DNA of 31,879 bases from the IMG/VR virus record IMGVR_UViG_3300012964_000040, positions 1 to 31,879 of that record. One strand, 5' to 3'. Of the stretch, positions 25,374-31,879 are shown piece by piece. Positions within the stretch are counted from its first letter, which is position 1. Every line of letters starts with the position of its first letter. Under the pieces are notes generated by a model that saw only the letters and a program-made list of their open reading frames with translations, did not search any database and was not told where the DNA came from. A program made the translations under genes and the position numbers. This stretch comes from a virus (lineage: Duplodnaviria; Caudoviricetes).

Positions 25374-26894
25374 ATGGCTGGATTTGGTTTAAGTAATGCT
25401 GTAGATGGTGCCATTAACGCGTATTACATGGCGAAGAATGATAAAGAACAAGAGGCTCGCAGACAATTAGAGCAACAAAACGCAGAACTGCAAAATCAGC
25501 AGTTAAAGAATCAAGTCGATTCTGAAACGCGATATAAGCAAGGTCTATCCTCTGCCTATGATCAATCAGTACAGACGAAGCCATATAAATACGACCAATT
25601 CGACCAAAACGACGTAATACCCGGAAGTGATGGATTGCAGTCTATTGCCGGTGTCGACAAACAGAAGTATCTCACTGGCGCCGAACAATCTGCAATGGCG
25701 GCTGGACTTCCAGAGAAAGCGGATATTTTGAACAAAATGCGTCAACAGGACGCGCAAGAAGGATATAAGCAAGCATGGCAATATGCCAAAGCTGGTATGT
25801 GGGACAAGGCGAATGAAGTATTCAATTCTATGGGGGACAGCAGGGCGAAGATCGATCCTCATCCTGGGTTCCCCGATGGTTCAGTAGCCTTGGTCACGAC
25901 CGATAAAGGCGACCAATCGGCGATTGATCTTAATAAGTTTGGTCAAGCGATGGGGTACACCTCTAACAAAATAACGACATTAGGCGAAGGACAGCAGGCA
26001 ATAGACAGTTCAGGAAAGGTTGTCGCGTCTAATCCAAAAGGCGATAAATATGTCTTTACCGACGCTGGGGTCTTGGATCAATCCAGCGGGAAAATCACCC
26101 CGCTTACGAAAGAACAACAAGCGGCGATGGCTAAAAAGGGGTCTGTTGGCGGGTCGACTTCTGGCAATGTCCAGTGGGCCGAATGGTTAACTAATAATGT
26201 TTTCGGCGGTGATCACGGCGCGGCGGCGAATTATATCAAAAGCTCAAGCGGCAATCCGATAGATAATAAGACTCGCTTGATGCAAGCCATATTGAAGCAT
26301 GATTCGGATAATTACATACAACGCCCATTGCCAGAAGTGTTAAAAGAGGTAGACGATACGTTTTCGGCGATGGCAGGAGGTAGGATCGTAGGTGGCGGGG
26401 TTCCGGCTCAAGGCGAGACGCCAACTACCGGGGTAGCAAATATTTCTCCTCCAAAAGTGGCCATTGATGCGTTGCGGTCAAATCCTTCTTTGGCTCCACA
26501 ATTCGCAGCTAAATACAAGGTCGATCCGCGCCAATTCATCCAGCAAGACAATGTTAGTCCGTCACAGCCTTCACCTTCTTCTGGCGGATTGACTAGCATG
26601 GTGGATCGTATTCAAAGAGAGAAGCAACTCAATGCACAATTGAGCACTCCGCCAAATCAAGAGCAAATTAGCATGGGTAAAAAGTTCGGACTGCCATCGA
26701 CAGCCACAAAAGAACAACGCGGCAAGGATTATAACTCAATGGCAATGGCCTATACTAATGTCATACGAGACGCAAATTCTGGCAAAGTCCCTCAATTGGA
26801 CGACTTGCAGAATGCGCTTAGATTTGCGCAGGGTAAAAACGATACGGCAACTGCCAAACAAATCACTGACATTATCAACAGATTCTACAAGTAA
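25374..26894 (+). CDS. Internal virion/DNA ejection protein (putative)
   Basis: ATG 25374 follows the upstream stop; Gln/Ala-rich; lies between the first ejection gene and the giant gene. Confidence 0.65.
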   Translation: MAGFGLSNAVDGAINAYYMAKNDKEQEARRQLEQQNAELQNQQLKNQVDSETRYKQGLSSAYDQSVQTKPYKYDQFDQNDVIPGSDGLQSIAGVDKQKYLTGAEQSAMAAGLPEKADILNKMRQQDAQEGYKQAWQYAKAGMWDKANEVFNSMGDSRAKIDPHPGFPDGSVALVTTDKGDQSAIDLNKFGQAMGYTSNKITTLGEGQQAIDSSGKVVASNPKGDKYVFTDAGVLDQSSGKITPLTKEQQAAMAKKGSVGGSTSGNVQWAEWLTNNVFGGDHGAAANYIKSSSGNPIDNKTRLMQAILKHDSDNYIQRPLPEVLKEVDDTFSAMAGGRIVGGGVPAQGETPTTGVANISPPKVAIDALRSNPSLAPQFAAKYKVDPRQFIQQDNVSPSQPSPSSGGLTSMVDRIQREKQLNAQLSTPPNQEQISMGKKFGLPSTATKEQRGKDYNSMAMAYTNVIRDANSGKVPQLDDLQNALRFAQGKNDTATAKQITDIINRFYK

Positions 26895-26903
26895 GGGGTT
26901 AAT

Positions 26904-29900
26904 GTGGCCAATTTCTTCGATCAATTCGACGAACCGCCTGCTAAATCCAATTCTGTCAAAGACCGATTCGAGAATGGGACTCCGCAGCGAGATTACCCAT
27001 TAACTGGAACAGGCGATCCTGCGCTGGAATCCTACCTAAATCAAAGCTCCAAAGCACAGTCAGGGAATTACTTTGATCAATTTGATGCGCCTGAATCGTC
27101 GAAACCTAAGTCCAGCAAGGAACCTGGCATATTTTCAGATGTTGGCAATGAATTGCTGGCGGGAACCGGAAATATATATTCAGGCGGATTACATGCGGCG
27201 GGAATGGCATTTGATGCTCTTGGCTGGGATGCGGCAAAGGATCAGGCGAGAAAATGGGAACAAGAAACGAATGAATCAGTAAATAAGTTTTTGGGGAATT
27301 TAAGCTCCAAGCAAAAAGAGGCTAATGCCAAAAAGTTTGTTGAGCAAACCGGCCCCGACTGGACAGACATTGCCCCCGGCCCAGCATGGAAAGACCCCAG
27401 GGCGATTATCGGTAACGCCGTTCAATCCGCCCCATCTACAGCGGCCAGCATGGGCATTGGTTTTGGCCTATCAAAAGCCATCGCTCCATTGGTAAGCAAA
27501 GCACTTCCCGCATTGAGCGCAGCAGCCACCGAGTCGGTTACTGGCGCGATTGCTTATGGCCTTGGCGAGGGTGCAACGTCTGCGGCAAGCGATTCTGAGC
27601 AAGTGGCCAATCAAATCAGATCAATGCCAGAGGGGGTACTTCAGACCTCTCCGACCTATCAATACTACTTGCAAGATCATAGTCCGCAAGACGCCCGCGA
27701 AAAGGTAGCGATGGATGCCGCCAAGCGGACTTTTTGGACTACCGGGGCTGTAACAACCCTACTTGGTGCCCCAATGGGTGCCGTGTTTGGACGGATGTTT
27801 GGCAAGTCTGGTCCTGTCGCCTCTAGCAGATTAAAATCGTTATTGATGGGCGGTCTTGGCGAGGCCGGGCAGGAATTTGCCCAAAGTGGCGCGGAACAGG
27901 CATTGCAGAACGAAGCCACTCGTAAATACGCCAATCCGGCCCAAGATATCAAGGAAGGCGTGATCAATCAAGCCGTCGCTGGGGGTATGTCGGCATTCCC
28001 AATGGGCGCAGGTGCTGGCGGGCTAAGTTATCAATCCCCCACTCAAGCGAATATCGAGCAACCGTCAGAACCATCGAAAGCCCTGCCGAATCTCGGACCT
28101 AATCCGATGGTTGTGTTTCCAGACGGCACTACGGCTAGAAAGGGCGAAGTCGATGACGCCATTGCAAAATTGGAAGCGAGCGGAAAACAAGAAGAAGCGG
28201 CTCAATTGCGCGCCAAACTCTTTGGTTATGCACAACAGCCCGCTGATCAAGAACAACAAGCGGAACCGGCCGCCCAACCTAATTTCTTTGATGCCTTCGA
28301 CAATCCGCCTCCTATCGGCAAGAATGCTCCCCAAACGCAAGAGGTCTTGATCCAAGGCATTCACAAACAAGCCGTAGGCCAAGATTACACTCAAGCATTA
28401 AATGAGCGCCAGGCGCAACAGGAAGCCGAACAGGCGCAAAAGATGAATCAAGGGTATGACCAAGCGGAGGCTGAACAACGCAATACCCAAAGCCGCTTGG
28501 CTGATCTTATTGCCAAAAACGATACTGAACAGGCAAGTGAGCCTAATGCCCTTCAATTGGCAATGAACAAAGCCAAGGTTCAATCTCAAGCCAATATTCA
28601 ACCGGATGATATCATTCGGCCTAACGGTCAGCCATTTCCGAGTCGTCCGGCAGTCGACTTCCATATCAAGGCCAAGAAGCTGGGAGACTATGCTCCCGTT
28701 CAACTGGCCAAGGGTCAATGGGTGGCGAGAAAGGTACAAGCGCCGCAGGAAGAAGTGTCCGCTTCTCCACTTCCCCCTACTTCAAATACCCGCCTTTCCC
28801 TACTTCGAATACCTACTCCTAAACCAGGGATTCAGTCGTCCAATATTGAGGCACAACCTACAATATCGGAACCAGAATCGACGCAGACCATCATTCAAAA
28901 GGCTGCGACAAATTACCCTACTTTCGATAAATACCAGTCATATTTGCGAGGTCGATTGGGGAAGGATGGGATAGCCAAAAACCAGGACATTATCAACCAA
29001 GCGTGGGATCAACGAGCAACGCCAGCTAATCAGCCCAGCGCCGAAGCGGCAACGGTTTCGTCTACCCAGGAGATGCCAGCCACCGCCGATCAAGGGGCAA
29101 GCAATGCTGGTGAGAAGCATGTTGCCGACGTTGGCAATATGATCGGGAAGCAGAAACAAGCAAACGAAACAGCCACAATCTTACCTAAGATTACTGCGGA
29201 GAAAGAGATTCTTGAAACCAGAACACCAATGGAAGTAGCGCAACCAACGGCAGTGCAAAGAACTTCGTTTGAGACGATCACGCTTAACGGTCCCAAAAAA
29301 CTTAAAGGTAAATTGTACGAAATGCCTGGGTATAAAGGCCCGCAATTAGCTGTTGTAGAATACAAGTCGCCGAGAGGCCAAGGGTACCGCGTATATCTTC
29401 CGAAGAGCGGGGTAATGCTTACCGATAACAATGGAGTTGGCAAATTAAATGATACGTTGAAAATCGCTGTTCAACGCGTTTCATATGCTAAATCTAAAGC
29501 GCAAGATAACAAACCAGCCGCATCACAGAATGCGGGCGGCGCAATCAATGAATCTGCTAAGATTGGCCCCGTGAAAGACAACCATGGGTCGGGCGACAAC
29601 CTCACTGATTCAAAACCCCTTCAGCCCGATAGTGAGGAATTTAAGCAGTGGTTCTCGGGAAGCAAAGTTGTTGATGCTAACGGAAAGCCATTGATTGTAT
29701 TCCATGGAACGAATATACAGTTTGACAAATTCGCAACAAATCCAGAAAGGCGAGTGTGGAATGACGATGCATCTCCAGAAGGACTATTCTTTACAGACAA
29801 TAAAGATGAGGCCGGATTTTACGCCAGTACTGCTGAGAGAAAGAATGGCGGAAATGCTCATATTGTAGAGTCATACCTATCAATACGTCATCCACATTTT

Positions 29901-31879
29901 GTAGATAACGACGACATATCAAGCTATATCAGAGATTGGCTCTATAAGCTTCAACAGAATGACCCGGAACAATATGACTTCATGGCCAGTACAAAAGCAT
30001 ACGAACTGCCTGAGTATCAAACCGGGTTAGCGCTTGCGATCAAAGACGCCAAGAACTCAGGTAAAGATGGGGTAATTTATACTAGCGAACTAGAAGACGG
30101 GACAAAGCAGAGGTTTTTTGTTGTATTCGATCCGGCACAGGTGCAAATCGCAAACCCTAACCAACCCCAGCGCACCCAAGGCGCTGCCGCCCAAGACCCC
30201 CCGCAGTCCGCGCCGAAGAAAACATATCAGCAATTGCTGGATGAAGCGTTGGCTGGCACGAAACCGATTTCCGAATCCGACAAGTTGCGCAGGCAGGCAG
30301 ACGCACTGACCAAAGAAGCCATGAAGATGATTGGCGGAGTCGAGCCGGGGCAACCGATCCGCTCGACCGCTGACCGCAACAAGCGCGACAAGGCGATGGA
30401 GAAAATGGCAAAGTCTGCCGATCTGCTGCGCCAGGCTGATGAACTCGACGCTGCCGCCCAAGAGCCAACGCCAGCGGCGGAGCGCGCTCACCAATATCCG
30501 CTACCCGGCACAACGTCAGAAAGCCACGAAAGATGGCGCCTTGTTGAACAGGGCCGCGCCGAGCCGGACGCTGACCAGCGCAAGCTCATGGACGCAGTGG
30601 ACGCTGCGCGCAAGTCTGGCATCAGCTCATACAATGAGGCCGTGGATCATGTTGTTGAGAACCTGAAAGGCTACCTGCCAGAAATTGCCCACACTGGCGA
30701 TGGCAGCCCAATCAAGTCGGAAGTGATTGGCGCATGGAAAGCGCTGGACACACAGGGCAACAAGAAGGCCAACGACGAGGCCAGAACCCGGCTTAACCTC
30801 AGCGTCGGCCAGAAGATCGGCAACATCACGCCAAATAGCGGAAAGATGCTGCGCGCCGTTTATGTTGAGGAAGTCGGCAGCACGCACTACACGCTGGTGG
30901 GAACGGCAGGCAATAAACAGGCCAGAATCTCACTTGACCCGACGGGCCTTGAGCGGGCTATTCAACGTGCGCAACCAGATAAGGTGGAAGCCGCCCAACA
31001 GTCCACCCAATCCCCGGAACCTGAACAGCCGGCAGAAGCGAACAAGCAGCCATGGCAGATGACGCGAAAAGAATGGGACGCTGCGCGTGAGAAGGTTCGT
31101 CCAGAAGTCGTGCAAAGCGATGTCACCAAAGCCTCTTCCTCGCGGGCCGTAGCTAATATCAAAGCCTTGGAACATTTGTTGTATGGCGTGACAGATACGG
31201 CAAGCGAGAAATTGCGGGCCGCCGCTAAGGGCGATATTTCGCTCACTCCTGACGAAGTCGAAGCCCTTACAGATCGCCTTGAGCGCAAAGTTTCGCATCG
31301 TGACGTGGTTGAGAAGGCATTGGCCGAAGGCAAACCCGTTCCTAAGAATGTATTAGCCGATTATCCAGACCTGCATCAAAATGCGTCTTCTACGCAACAA
31401 ACTGGAAAGATCGAGGACTTCGGCCAGAAAATCGGAGGGGCCAGAAAAGATATCTGGCAGTCCTACAAAGATACTCTGGACGAAGCCAAGGACATAGACG
31501 TTGCAGCCGAACCGCTCTCGAAATCCTGGCCTGCACCAAATTATGATTCTCTACTGGAGGCAGGCGCTGATCCGTGGGCGGTCGCTTTTATGCATGCAGC
31601 CCGCGATGAAATCCCGGCCAAGCCTTCAAAGTCATGGCGCCTGAAAGGTTGGGTGGATCAGGTCAAACTCTTGCGCGATTTTGCAATTGGGCTTGCCGAT
31701 GGCGCAGTATCTGTTGAGCACGCCCGAGAAGAAATCACGAAGAGGGATTCTCTGCGCGACATAGCCGGTCGGATCGAACTCTACATGGAGGTCGGGCACA
31801 GCCAGTCCTTGCGCGGCGTGAGAATTTCCTACGGTAATTATAGCCTTCACAACGGCATTGAATATGACCCGCCAAAGAC
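26904..31879 (+). CDS. Giant polyvalent (DarB/LPD-type) injected protein, partial, >1658 aa, with ART-PolyVal-like and LPD5-like domains
   Basis: AAGGGG RBS and GTG start, MANFFDQFDE.... The same frame gives 'FKQWFSGSKVVDANGKPLIVFHGT...GLFFTD...GKDGVI...VVFDPAQV' (~29631-30155) and 'KIEDFGQKIGGARKD...PLSKSWPAPNY' (from 31407). Frame spot-checked at several points, not codon by codon. Confidence 0.85.
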   Translation, partial: MANFFDQFDEPPAKSNSVKDRFENGTPQRDYPLTGTGDPALESYLNQSSKAQSGNYFDQFDAPESSKPKSSKEPGIFSDVGNELLAGTGNIYSGGLHAAGMAFDALGWDAAKDQARKWEQETNESVNKFLGNLSSKQKEANAKKFVEQTGPDWTDIAPGPAWKDPRAIIGNAVQSAPSTAASMGIGFGLSKAIAPLVSKALPALSAAATESVTGAIAYGLGEGATSAASDSEQVANQIRSMPEGVLQTSPTYQYYLQDHSPQDAREKVAMDAAKRTFWTTGAVTTLLGAPMGAVFGRMFGKSGPVASSRLKSLLMGGLGEAGQEFAQSGAEQALQNEATRKYANPAQDIKEGVINQAVAGGMSAFPMGAGAGGLSYQSPTQANIEQPSEPSKALPNLGPNPMVVFPDGTTARKGEVDDAIAKLEASGKQEEAAQLRAKLFGYAQQPADQEQQAEPAAQPNFFDAFDNPPPIGKNAPQTQEVLIQGIHKQAVGQDYTQALNERQAQQEAEQAQKMNQGYDQAEAEQRNTQSRLADLIAKNDTEQASEPNALQLAMNKAKVQSQANIQPDDIIRPNGQPFPSRPAVDFHIKAKKLGDYAPVQLAKGQWVARKVQAPQEEVSASPLPPTSNTRLSLLRIPTPKPGIQSSNIEAQPTISEPESTQTIIQKAATNYPTFDKYQSYLRGRLGKDGIAKNQDIINQAWDQRATPANQPSAEAATVSSTQEMPATADQGASNAGEKHVADVGNMIGKQKQANETATILPKITAEKEILETRTPMEVAQPTAVQRTSFETITLNGPKKLKGKLYEMPGYKGPQLAVVEYKSPRGQGYRVYLPKSGVMLTDNNGVGKLNDTLKIAVQRVSYAKSKAQDNKPAASQNAGGAINESAKIGPVKDNHGSGDNLTDSKPLQPDSEEFKQWFSGSKVVDANGKPLIVFHGTNIQFDKFATNPERRVWNDDASPEGLFFTDNKDEAGFYASTAERKNGGNAHIVESYLSIRHPHFVDNDDISSYIRDWLYKLQQNDPEQYDFMASTKAYELPEYQTGLALAIKDAKNSGKDGVIYTSELEDGTKQRFFVVFDPAQVQIANPNQPQRTQGAAAQDPPQSAPKKTYQQLLDEALAGTKPISESDKLRRQADALTKEAMKMIGGVEPGQPIRSTADRNKRDKAMEKMAKSADLLRQADELDAAAQEPTPAAERAHQYPLPGTTSESHERWRLVEQGRAEPDADQRKLMDAVDAARKSGISSYNEAVDHVVENLKGYLPEIAHTGDGSPIKSEVIGAWKALDTQGNKKANDEARTRLNLSVGQKIGNITPNSGKMLRAVYVEEVGSTHYTLVGTAGNKQARISLDPTGLERAIQRAQPDKVEAAQQSTQSPEPEQPAEANKQPWQMTRKEWDAAREKVRPEVVQSDVTKASSSRAVANIKALEHLLYGVTDTASEKLRAAAKGDISLTPDEVEALTDRLERKVSHRDVVEKALAEGKPVPKNVLADYPDLHQNASSTQQTGKIEDFGQKIGGARKDIWQSYKDTLDEAKDIDVAAEPLSKSWPAPNYDSLLEAGADPWAVAFMHAARDEIPAKPSKSWRLKGWVDQVKLLRDFAIGLADGAVSVEHAREEITKRDSLRDIAGRIELYMEVGHSQSLRGVRISYGNYSLHNGIEYDPPK

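Noticed and set aside
26758-31850. Many short ORFs listed in the track over the last 5 kb
   Set aside because: They are alternative-frame or antisense shadows of the single giant ORF starting at 26904.
1-31879. tRNA, rRNA, IS elements, phage integrase or endolysin
   Set aside because: None is recognisable by eye. A tRNAscan or profile search would be needed to exclude divergent examples.

Overview
The window is a segment of a tailed dsDNA phage or prophage, with all genes on the + strand and probably a podovirus-type virion. Positions 1-4250 are the end of an early/accessory region: small hypothetical genes and a lambda-Q-like antiterminator, followed by a pR'/tR'-like late promoter and terminator. 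The late operon encodes a permuted NlpC/P60 enzyme, TerS, a P22-like TerL, portal, scaffold, an N4-gp56-type major capsid protein, decoration, adaptor and fibre proteins, a tail nozzle, a tail fibre, a GNAT protein and two ejection proteins. It ends with a giant polyvalent protein (>1658 aa, missing from the ORF track because it runs off the window) carrying ART-PolyVal-like and LPD5-like domains. The main surprise is two integron-type gene-cassette arrays flanking the Q region (134-1916 and 3199-4237). They hold seven intact attC-like sites and one truncated one, all polarised on the minus strand, while every cassette gene reads on the plus strand, the reverse of classical integrons. Both arrays are capped by the same 36-bp attI-like site. 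No integrase is visible in the window, and six cassette ORFs cross the recombination point in the same frame and take their C-terminus from the neighbouring att site. All protein assignments come from motif recognition and synteny; no database searches were run.
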